A DNA stretch of 64,000 nt, from the NCBI RefSeq assembly GCF_006345805.1, contig NC_042999.1, forward strand, positions 97,340,001-97,404,000, read 5' to 3'. Below, piece by piece: positions 42,301 to 49,100 of this stretch. The notes below the pieces were generated by a model. That model saw nothing but the letters and a program-made list of their open reading frames with translations. It had not been told where the DNA came from and ran no database searches. This DNA comes from Octopus sinensis (lineage: Eukaryota). A program made the position numbers and the translations under genes. Positions within the stretch are counted from its first letter, which is position 1, and each line of letters begins with the position of its first letter.

Positions 42301-45300
42301 TTTTTAAGATTGCATATTTTGTGCATGTGTGCATGAGTGTGTGTGTATACTTCATTTAATTACAAACAAAAGCAAAAAGTAAAATCAGTAGATAGCTTAA
42401 ATCAATTAGACTTAGGAACAATTCAAACCCATTGCTAGAATGCAATGCAGCAACATAACATGTCAATTTATCGGTCTCACAAATGCACTAGTGTATCGAT
42501 TGAAAATATTATCCAAAAATGGCATTGAGAAAAATTATATTGTGCTCAGAGAAAACACATTTAAGAGAAAGCACAGACAATGTAGACTTTTCTGAAAAGA
42601 AACAAAAGAAATTCTATTTCATTATTTTAGTACTAGAAAGCTTGTTAATAATTGAAACTGCAACATTTTACATCGTCATTAAGATGCTCATAGTTGAGAA
42701 GTACTGCAACTCATTGTAGCCTTTTCTGAGATATTCAACATTAATATGAGTCGGTGTCAAAATGCAAACATGAGAACAAACATCTCATAAAGAATCCTTC
42801 CAATAACAGAATAGAATCTTCCTTTAGCAGGAATTAGATTTTATTCCATTTTTATGGCGGGGGGGGGGGGGGGGGGTTAATGAAACTACAATGTTCTTTT
42901 CTCTAAACTAGCCAATGTAGCCATCTAAGTTAACTGAATACATTTACCTTTCCTCTTTCTACAACTCACACCATATGTATTTAGATCCCACACTAAATGT
43001 TCTTTCCCAAACTTTCTCCTTGAAACTGTATTATTGAAGCATTCTCTCTAGTGATGTCTCAACTAGTTCTAGTCAAATATAGGTTTCACATGACATACAT
43101 GATAAGAATGGATGGTGGGAAATGGTTTTAAAATGTTACAAGCTGTTAACCAGAATAACACTTGAAAATGTAAAAGTCCATTCAACTATATAAAGCCTTT
43201 AAGCGGTTGTGCTTAGAAGGAAAGTATTTTCTTGAACAGGAGCCTATTTCAAACAAAATTTCCTGATGAACTGGTACCTAATTCTGAGAACAAGGTGAAC
43301 TAAGAAGAAAAGACTCAGATGATTTTAATAATAATGCTCAAATACATGAAATACTTGTAGTAGATTGTAACTCAAACTCATAGTACTAATACCATATCTA
43401 ATTGATAATTTCACTACTAGATATGATGTAGACCACAAACTATGTGGCCTAAGGATGTTAAGGATGTGGCCATGGTAGTAAAACAAAAGTATAAAATGTA
43501 GATATACAAAAGCTGGAAAGAATTGAGGCAAGCGTGTTCCATTGAATGCGTAATGTTAGTGTGCACAAATAATTAAGCACAAATAAGCTAAGAGAAAAAT
43601 TGGCTGCAAGTGGAATCAGATGTAATGAGCAAGAGCAGAAATTGTGCAGATGTGGCCATATGATGCATATGAAGGACAACAGTTGAAGAACCTGCTGAAG
43701 AGGAAGACTGAAGAAGACATGGGAAGAAGTGGTGAAGGCCAACCTCAAGAGACTGAAGCTCAGTGAAATGATAAGTGATGTGAAATCATCGTCATCATTA
43801 AGCCCTGCCCAATTTAAGTGAGAATGGAAAGACTGGCATAAAGAGATTGTGATGAAGAAAATTCAAGCAAGAATGGTGGCAGATAAAAATCCTCTTGAAA
43901 ATTGTGATGTAAAACAGAAAAGCATACATCAAAATAATGGCAACAGCAAATGTTAATGTTTAATTTATGAGAAATGAATATATTTCTACTTATAAATTCT
44001 GCACTAATCTTGAAATCACACCATATAGCATCACATCATATTATTATGATGAAGGAAGTAAAATTTGTTTTGCAATGTAAATCATGCTTTAAAGATTTTA
44101 TTAGAATAAAAAATACCTCCTACATTAAAAGTGAACAGACAAGATTGCTAAATTACTCACACAAATTACATGAAAACATCTACAATAATCAAATTAGAAA
44201 GTGTTATTTTTATTCCATTTTTTTGTTTCTCTCTGTGGGGATCATGCCATGTAAAAGCATCTCACTGAAGTTATTTTCAACATGAAGCCCCAATATACAT
44301 AGCAGGTTAAATAGTAACACTGAGCAGTTGCATTCCAGAGAGAAAAACTTATACAACCAGCTACTACTGCCACCTGACAAACTAAAGTATGTGTGTGCTT
44401 CTAATAACAAACATTGACAAACATTCTTCCCATCTTTGAATAAATCATTTGCATCTCCAGAGTAAGTTCTCCTCTTACAAAATAGAGATCAAAAAACAGA
44501 ACTCAATATGGGCCCTTATACACTCTGCAAGTAGCAAGGTAAAACACACAGTGTGTACTACATTTAAATGATAAAAACAATGTTTATTAGTAAGGGTAAC
44601 CTGTTTGAAAGTACTAATAACACTAGACAATATTTCTTGAAGGATTAATTATTTTTCAGGTTCTAGAAATAGACCTTTACACAAATATAGCAAGACTGCA
44701 AACTGCAAAAATAAGTGGAATTTTTACCTACAGGTAATATTACTCTACTGTAAAGGCAAATGGGGATATATATTTTCATCACATATAAATCAACGATAGG
44801 GTTAGATATAGGATACATTGAGTTTCAGAAGATTTTATTGCTAATGTACACAGCAATAGATCTCATCCTCTCTAAATCAGACTGGAATTTATTTTATTTT
44901 TTAATGATATGGTCATTAAAAAATAAAATAAATTCCAGTCTGATTTAGAGAGGATGAGATCTATTGCTGTGTACATTAGCAATAAAATCTTCTGAAACTC
45001 AATGTATCCTATATCTAACCCTATCGTTGATTTATATGTGATGAAAATATATATCCCCATGTCCAGTGAGGTGCAGGAACAGTAATGATTACTAATTTTA
45101 TAATAAAATTAGTAATCATTACTGTTCCTGCACCTCACTGGACATCTATTTCTAGCTAACTTTTTCAAATTCTATGCATTAAATTGTTAATGAGGTTAGA
45201 ATAAGATCAACACAAGTTAGAAAAATTAAAATAATAATAGTCATTGACTACTATCATGTTTTCCATACTGCATAATTATTTCTAGTTAACTTTTTAAAAT

Positions 45301-46763
45301 CCTTCCTGTCCTAGTATGTTAATACTAACTTGCCTATTAGTGAATGTAACCCTAAATAAACCAAATTTATAACTTGAATACTTAGAAATTTTGAAATAAG
45401 AAAAACAGATACTGCCAAACCATCACGAAAGAAACCAGAGAGAAATTAAAAAAAAAAAAAAAGGAAGAAAATTAACCATACTGCAACAGGCTAATCCCAA
45501 TATTATAAATGTAGCTTTTAAAACCAGGCTTGATAATAACTAAATTAAGTTTGCACCTGCATTTTTTTCCTGAATCATTGGCCAGTCTGCAGAATCAGTA
45601 CTTATAACAGTTGTCTTCTGTCACACAACTGTGGCTAAGCGGTATTAGTTAAATAGTTGTTTTTATTACAGTAAGATAAAAGTTATCTTCTATCCACAGA
45701 CACACTTTTCTCTCTCTCTCTCTCTCTCATGGAAAGAGAAAGAGAATAATAAAAACAAACAAACTGTAATTGAGACAGCTTATTTAATATGAAATATTTT
45801 TTATAACAAAACTTAATATTTAGTGGCAAATTGCTTAGCCTTGAGGGTGACTTTCACCATATTCTTCCACTAAACTTTTAGTCTCACAGTGAAAGGTAAA
45901 CAGGTTTTTTTGTTCCATGAAATGAAAAAGAACACACATCTTCTGTCCACAGAGATATTAGTAATTTACAGTCATTTATAGCATACATGAACTTGAACAC
46001 AGCTAAATTTGTCTGTAATTTGCTTAAAATTGCATATGTTGACAATGTGCTTTATTCACTAATAATAAATTACACAAAAATTTTTGGATAATTTGAAAAT
46101 AATGTAAAATACAATTTTAGCCTATGACAAACATATAAACATAAAGTTAACTTCACAAAGTGAGGCTAACATTATATGTTTGTCGAAAAAGGTACATCTT
46201 GTCCAAGGATGCTATATAGGGTATTATTAATTAATTATCCATAGAGATAGTGCATGCACTGTTATGTAAATTAAATACACTAGCCTAGCTGTGTTCAAGC
46301 TTGTACACACACTATAAAAACTAAGATCAATTAATTTCTCAATGGACAGAAAGCAGGTGGTATTTTTTTTCTCAGATGAAGTTCTAAGAAGAATAGAAAC
46401 TAGTCAGACTGACCCAACTTTTTCTATTACACTTTTTCAGTAGATAAGCTTTTACATGAAATTTCAAAATATGAAATATTTTGAAGTATATTTCATATAA
46501 CTACAACTTCTGTTAAATGTGCATTTAATATGCATTATTTAGTTAAAACTTGAAAATGTATTTCTGAAAAAAACTTGGCGTGATGCACAAATTCTAAGAG
46601 CAGATTTGAAATTAGTGCCCCAGTATTAGATAACATGGATGATTTCATAAAAAAAGTGAAACTTTGTTTTCAAATTCCAGCTTAGTGACATCATTTCAAA
46701 TTAGTGACATCATTTCAAAATCTAAACTACTTTTGGACTGAAGCAATTTAAATAAAGGATATT

Positions 46764-46817
<54 letters not shown>

Positions 46818-46930
46818 AAAAAAATATACACACATACAATTACAACAGCAAATGAAAATATATTATATTTACCTGTTAGGGAGACCTGCTCAGGAGAGTC
46901 CTCCAAGTCTAGACATTCCCCTTCTCTCAT
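827..46930 (-). CDS. CDK5RAP2: Centrosomin/CDK5RAP2/myomegalin(PDE4DIP)-family protein, 5' portion: 27 coding exons, 869 aa, continues beyond the window start
   Basis: Manually spliced GT-AG exons give an uninterrupted 2607-nt frame. The N-terminus TPMRTNTMKECEQLIEELRKENFSLKLRIYFLEDR...NIELNVQVESLKNDVLEKQELLKKA matches the CM1/gamma-TuNA motif; the rest is heptad coiled coil. The symbol denotes the family; orthology versus PDE4DIP was not tested. Confidence 0.9.
3081..3130 (-). CDS. CDK5RAP2: Exon 26: (V)NEKLQNLEEQLKKAKE
   Basis: 50 nt, phase 1 to 0, complements exon 25. Confidence 0.88.
4496..4652 (-). CDS. CDK5RAP2: Exon 25: TLVDSCQQKESLIRQLQESNSQEAAKQQTMSIEFQYIQDELRKYQDNDSVPE
   Basis: 157 nt, phase 0 to 1, G|GTAAGT donor. 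Confidence 0.9.
4880..5122 (+). mobile_element. Diverged RTE-type 3' tail repeat with (ATG)n end
   Basis: Same 3' sequence as 34680-34853 (ttaggaagg..cagctgtagaa..gtccaacc.atgccag.atggaaa..gg...ttaaatgatgat); other old copies at ~11220-11420 and ~16800-17183 (+), ~31518-31620, ~34265-34390 and ~39800-39990 (-). Confidence 0.7.
5458..5553 (-). CDS. CDK5RAP2: Exon 24: TLEANSALIEKMQETELKKLRSSLEDRDKTIK
   Basis: 96 nt, phase 0-0. Confidence 0.9.
5791..5886 (-). CDS. CDK5RAP2: Exon 23: NLIDKQNLEMADKIRELQKLRLEISRKDYEIQ
   Basis: 96 nt, phase 0-0. Confidence 0.9.
6173..7204 (-). mobile_element. 5'-truncated CR1-clade LINE (RT C-terminal half, 3' UTR, (ATT)n tail)
   Basis: ORF with SGVPQGSVLGPLLF, YADD, RPHLEFAS.VWNP, LESVQRRAT; after a frameshift near 6410 continues HAYKVRKQ..RKHFFTLRVAEAWNKLPASVV; tail of ATT repeats at ~6173-6192. 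Confidence 0.92.
7743..7838 (-). CDS. CDK5RAP2: Exon 22: ELMEEKKKSALGNEKSSHDLLDKLKMKDSDIK
   Basis: 96 nt, phase 0-0. Confidence 0.88.
8273..8359 (-). CDS. CDK5RAP2: Exon 21: ESLRLHVSDSENKVVELEKRMLAKDQLLQ
   Basis: 87 nt, phase 0-0, CAG|GTGAGA donor. Confidence 0.88.
8640..9150 (-). mobile_element. Decayed RTE-like LINE RT fragment
   Basis: Remnant translation resembling ..W.KF.ELL.LLT.K..LY.ACV..; many stops. Confidence 0.5.
9474..9569 (-). CDS. CDK5RAP2: Exon 20: EQTENHSRIMEEKDDLIQHLQNAITAKNNALE
   Basis: 96 nt, phase 0-0. Confidence 0.88.
10125..10208 (-). CDS. CDK5RAP2: Exon 19: MIGKQSKMKDLNINKLSAALKAAQNVHK
   Basis: 84 nt, phase 0-0, GTAAGT donor. Confidence 0.85.
10867..11004 (-). CDS. 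CDK5RAP2: Exon 18: KTLSDQIHLEEEFNMEIQQLRLALRERDSNLEKANHMLLSAQETID
   Basis: 138 nt, phase 0-0. Confidence 0.9.
11441..11503 (-). CDS. CDK5RAP2: Exon 17: MKSGVIESLEERLKEKEESLQ
   Basis: 63 nt, phase 0-0. Confidence 0.85.
12040..12195 (-). mobile_element. tRNA-derived CORE-like SINE fragment
   Basis: cacttgcccaag CORE-like segment and tRNA-like head on the minus strand; related fragments at ~2855-2960 and ~31775-31840. Confidence 0.55.
12329..12460 (-). CDS. CDK5RAP2: Exon 16: LMIEDLEHQSHSKDMLIQQLSDNLKEKDKQLHQYLQLLRNNNDE
   Basis: 132 nt, phase 0-0, GAG|GTAAGT donor. Confidence 0.88.
12490..13036. repeat. Degenerate ~20-22-bp minisatellite (consensus ~CATCATACAATCTGTGAGTA), interrupted by a SINE-like 3' fragment at ~12770-12860
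   Basis: Many recognisable catcatacaatct/gtgagtac units. Confidence 0.8.
13140..13214 (-). CDS. CDK5RAP2: Exon 15: QLQDQLLREKREAKEKLDQQMDQYQ
   Basis: 75 nt, phase 0-0. Confidence 0.88.
14065..14169 (-). CDS. CDK5RAP2: Exon 14: NLVDSIEKKEQELSSFRDMLTKTRDALKQSEDAVQ
   Basis: 105 nt, phase 0-0; weak AAG acceptor. Confidence 0.85.
15295..15620 (+). mobile_element. tRNA-headed SINE family, two adjacent copies
   Basis: gagctggtagaatc..tagca A-box-like, gagttcaaattc B-box-like, gtcgactttgcctttcatcc-like body; family copies at ~47900-48120, ~48135-48300 (+), ~54085-54260, ~60465-60665, ~63115-63290 (-). Confidence 0.7.
16408..16550 (-). mobile_element. tRNA-derived SINE, same family as ~30135-30450
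   Basis: Shared ctcatttctacag.tgagtg.act..agcaatgtgaa...tgt.ttg.t.aagaacacaa and ggaatcgaa (reverse B box). Confidence 0.65.
19622..19714 (-). CDS. CDK5RAP2: Exon 13: DIEKQHSTMFSKDELIEKLQRHVREKELNNQ
   Basis: 93 nt, phase 0-0, CAG|GTAGA donor. Confidence 0.85.
21687..21713 (-). CDS. Candidate 27-nt microexon (LITILSSFK in phase 0)
   Basis: Long polypyrimidine tract + CTAAT branch-like motif + TAG acceptor, AAG|GTGAGA donor, three downstream UCAU motifs; no transcript evidence. Confidence 0.45.
22200..22220 (-). CDS. Candidate 21-nt microexon (KHGAVSF)
   Basis: TTTGCCAG acceptor, GTAAGT donor, frame-preserving; no transcript evidence. Confidence 0.4.
23603..23647. repeat. 15-bp tandem repeat x3 (ATGGTATAAACTTCA)
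   Basis: Direct reading. Confidence 0.9.
23919..24437. mobile_element. Fold-back element copy 1: head-to-head inverted arms of a tRNA-derived unit carrying a hammerhead motif (Penelope-like)
   Basis: ~230-250-bp inverted arms joined at ~24205; B box GTTCGATTCC 24229-24238; 16-bp TSD ATAAAAACAATTTAAT at 23902-23917 and 24439-24454; second copy at 47418-47882. Confidence 0.85.
24344..24389 (+). ncRNA. Minimal type-I hammerhead ribozyme motif
   Basis: GGCAC-CUGAUGA-A-GGCUG(loop)CAGCC-GAAA-CG-UU-GUGUU: helix I GGCAC/GUGUU, helix II GGCUG/CAGCC, palindromic ACGU helix III, predicted cleavage after 24384; activity untested. Confidence 0.7.
24616..24708 (-). CDS. CDK5RAP2: Exon 12: IQELQKHILKDKEDLNKTRQELYEVSLQKHK
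   Basis: 93 nt, phase 0-0, GTAAGA donor. Confidence 0.88.
25515..25634 (-). CDS. CDK5RAP2: Exon 11: LLEQQLKKVESELETEKTNGLKKNKLIKGLTQNLQEKRNE
   Basis: 120 nt, phase 0-0; resembles the family segment E..N.LK.DK.I.GLT..L. Confidence 0.9.
26067..26162 (-). CDS. CDK5RAP2: Exon 10: DMIDDKQENIKKMESEIQQLNTSMNEKGDSVA
   Basis: 96 nt, phase 0-0, GTAAGT donor. Confidence 0.88.
26264..26499. mobile_element. Tc1-like MITE
   Basis: TIRs CAGTCATGGTCAAAAGTTGGGAACA / TGTTCCAAACTTTTGGCTACAACTG, TA on the left flank, internal duplicate of the TIR. Confidence 0.7.
26553..27332. mobile_element. Mariner-derived element built from two inverted 5' ends
   Basis: + strand ..VEQRICIKFCQKLGDTCSEAYK (~26733-26810); - strand EAYAKLQKVYGEECMSRTQVYKWFR..GRP..(mariner HTH, with stops); 5' UTR mirrored at 26610-26740 and 27225-27330. 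Confidence 0.8.
29546..29617 (-). CDS. CDK5RAP2: Exon 9: KLSQVLEATKQIKSDDVLLESHYQ
   Basis: Strong polypyrimidine acceptor, CAG|GTCTGT donor, 72 nt, phase 0-0. Confidence 0.8.
31097..31211 (-). CDS. CDK5RAP2: Exon 8: MVDQLGSELESKHRLEDNYIEKIKKLEKTLGRRERDFE
   Basis: Canonical sites, phase 2 to 0. Confidence 0.9.
31995..32026 (-). CDS. CDK5RAP2: Exon 7: NKDSDLQDLQ(K)
   Basis: 32 nt, phase 0 to 2, needed to restore frame into exon 8. Confidence 0.85.
32524..32658 (-). CDS. CDK5RAP2: Exon 6: ELALAKQKLEDADVTVARLQADFHNQAEKLKATAEVNQKHMNEGL
   Basis: Canonical sites, 135 nt, phase 0-0. Confidence 0.9.
32856..32979 (-). CDS. CDK5RAP2: Exon 5: LALESLSNSHQQDLKKAIESKEKEWTKDKENLLIQLQDTEK
   Basis: Canonical sites, phase 2 to 0, open frame. 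Confidence 0.9.
33172..33372. mobile_element. piggyBac-like MITE, old; inverted homologue at 60965-61194
   Basis: Termini resembling TTAA-CCTTTAG ... CTAAAGGG-TTAA; internal sequence shared with the 61-kb copy. Confidence 0.6.
33807..33883 (-). CDS. CDK5RAP2: Exon 4: NIELNVQVESLKNDVLEKQELLKKA(Y)
   Basis: Second CM1 helix (NIEL.V.VESLK); phase 0 to 2; GTAAGT donor. Confidence 0.92.
34463..34853 (+). mobile_element. Young RTE-type 3' end with ~3.5 copies of a 62-63-bp internal repeat and (ATG)n tail
   Basis: Near-identical reverse complement of 37597-38000; CpG-rich, so recent. Confidence 0.85.
35364..35468 (-). CDS. CDK5RAP2: Exon 3, CM1/gamma-TuNA core: LIEELRKENFSLKLRIYFLEDRCRQKFGSDDTFKM
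   Basis: KENFxLKLRIYFLE signature; 105 nt, phase 0-0, canonical splice sites. Confidence 0.95.
37597..39316 (-). mobile_element. Young RTE-type 3' UTR with 62-bp tandem units and ~300-350-bp higher-order duplications, between (AT)n tracts
   Basis: Unit starts at 37768, 37831, 37893, 37955; larger block repeated at ~38140, ~38450, ~38790, ~38890; homologous to the 3' UTR following the RTE ORF end at 48557-49100. Confidence 0.85.
42116..42183 (-). CDS. CDK5RAP2: Exon 2: (V)NSPNVSGHLTPMRTNTMKECEQ
   Basis: TTTCAG acceptor, CAG|GTAAGT donor, phase 1 to 0; start of CM1. Confidence 0.9.
43535..43770 (+). mobile_element. Decayed RTE ORF C-terminal fragment
   Basis: Remnant ..LREKL..GIRC..GH..M..RGR.KKTWEEVVK.NL. 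Confidence 0.6.
44760..45060. repeat. Inverted repeat, 148-bp arms with no mismatch seen, 5-nt spacer
   Basis: 44760-44907 is the reverse complement of 44913-45060 (mirror ORFs in the track confirm). Confidence 0.95.
45059..45145. repeat. Perfect palindrome, 43-bp arms, 1-nt centre (45102)
   Basis: ATGTCCAGTGAGGTGCAGGAACAG... / ...CTGTTCCTGCACCTCACTGGACAT. Confidence 0.95.
45935..46355. repeat. Old degenerate fold-back (MITE-like) element
   Basis: Paired blocks CTTCTGTCCA/TGGACAGAAAG, CTTGAACACAGCTA/TAGCTGTGTTCAAG, GACAAACATATAA/TTATATGTTTGTC around centre ~46150. Confidence 0.7.
46767..46814. repeat. (CT)n microsatellite just inside intron 1
   Basis: Direct reading. Confidence 0.95.
46873..46930 (-). 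CDS. CDK5RAP2: Coding exon 1 (exon extends to acceptor at 46949): MREGECLDLEDSPEQVSLT
   Basis: ATG in ACAAG-ATG context, donor AG|GTAAAT, ends phase 1 matching exon 2. Frame is open upstream to the acceptor, so a more 5' start cannot be excluded. Confidence 0.7.
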
Positions 46931-47417
46931 CTTGTCTGACTGATTTTCACTGTAATTAAAAGAAAAATACAAGAATTATAATATAATGACAGAATAACAT
47001 ATTAAAATTAATAAAAAATGACTAATAACAAGAGAATTAATCGATGCATACAGCTGAAGAAATTCTAATGAAAGTTATTGCATAAAAAAAGAACACAATA
47101 ATGATAATTTGAAAGCATTGTTTCAGAGGAATATACTTAAGAAACGAAGTAAAGCATTTAACTGTTTGAAAAACAGAAGATAAATATGTATGTCTGACTA
47201 AAACTGTTTAAAACCAGATACAGATCATTGTAATAAACCAAGATGTCTCAGTAAGATATTGATTTCTTACATAGGCACATGAGCTGACATCCATGCAGGG
47301 GATAAATGATGAAACTATAGCAAATATGAAGGTAAATGGGTTCTACCAAAAACATAAACATTTTGGATTCTGTTCTCTAGGAACTTACTTCTATTAAACT
47401 ATAATTGCTATTTTATT

Positions 47418-47882
47418 CAGTTCTATATTTAAGAGATGTGGAATTATGTACATTATTTACATTTGACGGCTATTTGTCCTCATCTTGTTTATTGTTAACA
47501 CGTTTCAGTTGATATACCCTCCAGCCTTCATCAGGTGTCTTGGGGAAATTTCGAGCCTGGGTTCTCATTCCTAAGGTATTTTTCGATGATGATGATGTTG
47601 TTGTTGTTGTTATTGTTATTATTATTATTTTTCAGGTGACTGCCTGGAATCGAACTCAGAATCTTGGGGTTAAGAGTGTGGACTACTAAACCCCAAGATT
47701 CCAAGTTCGATTCCAGGCAGTGACCTAAATAATAATAATAATAACATCGAAAAATACCTTAGGAATGAGAACCCAGGTTCGAAATTTTCCCAAGACACCT
47801 GACGAAGGCTGGAGGGTATATCAGCCGAAACATGTTAACAACAAACAAGATGAGGACAAATATCTGTAAAATGTAAATAATG
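47418..47882. mobile_element. Fold-back tRNA/hammerhead element copy 2
   Basis: Homologous to 23919-24437; junction at 47668-47672; B box 47705-47714; CTGACGA...GAAA at 47799-47830; ~12-bp TSD TGCTA(T/C)TTTATT at 47406-47417 and 47883-47894. Confidence 0.85.
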
Positions 47883-48556
47883 TGCTACTTTATTATTATT
47901 TAGGTAGTGAACTGGCACAATTGTTAGCATGCTGGGCAAAATGCTTAGTGGTATTTCATCTGTGTTTATGTTCTGAGTCTAAATGTTACTGAAGTCAACT
48001 TTATCTTTCATCCTTTCAGGATCTATTAAGTAAGTACCAGTCAAGCACTGGGTTTGGTATAATCAACAAGTCCCTTCCTCAACCCAAAATTCCAGCCCTT
48101 GTACCTACAGTGGAAAGGATTCAGCAGCAGCAGTTAGGATGGTGAATGGCAGAATCAGCAAAGTATCGAACAAATTACATTGTGTTATTTAGTTGTTTAT
48201 GTTCTGAGTTCATATCCTGCTGGAATCACCTTTACCTGTCCTCCTTCTGCTGTTGACGAAGTAACAGTCAAGCATTAGGGTTGCACCTTCCTCTAAATGT
48301 GTCTTATGTCTATGCTAGTTATCAGTATTAGAATTGCTAGGTTATCAAAAAGCTTGTGTTTTTGAATTTGCATGGGCCACATTCAAGGCCATGAGATGTT
48401 AACTACCTCCAAACCCTCAATTCACCAGATTCACAGTCTTATATGAAGGAAACAGAACTTTATTTTTATATTCCACATGAAGATAAGAATGCAAATGAGA
48501 AATATTAATGTTAAGTGAAAAATCAGTAACACTATACAATGCATGAATTATTAATA

Positions 48557-49100
48557 GAGGGAGACCTAGAAAGACATGGGATGAGGTGGTGAAGCATGAC
48601 CTTCAAATGTTGGACCTCAGAGAGGCAATGACAAAAGACCAAGACCTCTAGAGATATGCTGTGACTGAGAAGACCCATCAAATAAAGTGAGTTCACAGCT
48701 GTAACATACACCAGTGTCGCATAACCAGCCCACTTAAAATGTACCTTGGATCGTAGGGTGACATGCCGTGCTTGAGGAAACCTATTGCGTCAAGTACATC
48801 AAAATCAAGCGGAAATTGTAGCTGTGATCCCCATGCCGGTGGCACGTAAAAAGCACCGTCCGAATGTGGCCGATGCCAGTGCCACCTTGACTGGCTTCCA
48901 TGTCAGTGACACCTAAATGGCACCAATTAATCGTGGTCATTGCCAGCCTCCTCTGGCCCCTGTGCTGGTGGCATGTAAAAAGCACCCACTATACTCTCAG
49001 ATCAGACTAGAGCCTGGTGCAGCCGGCTTCCCAGACACCAGTCAAGCCATCCAACCCATGCCAGCGTGGAAAACGGACGTTAAACAATGATGATGATGAT
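48557..49100 (+). mobile_element. 5'-truncated RTE LINE: ORF end, 3' UTR and (ATG)n tail
   Basis: RGRPRKTWDEVVKHDLQMLDLREAMTKDQDL*RYAV followed by the same 3' UTR family as 34463-34853. Confidence 0.8.

Noticed and set aside
44760-45060. Two mirror-image 62-aa ORFs
   Set aside because: Consequence of the palindrome; no coding features.
47668-47722. Possible tRNA gene
   Set aside because: Lacks the 5' acceptor stem and full A box; it is the truncated head of a repeat.
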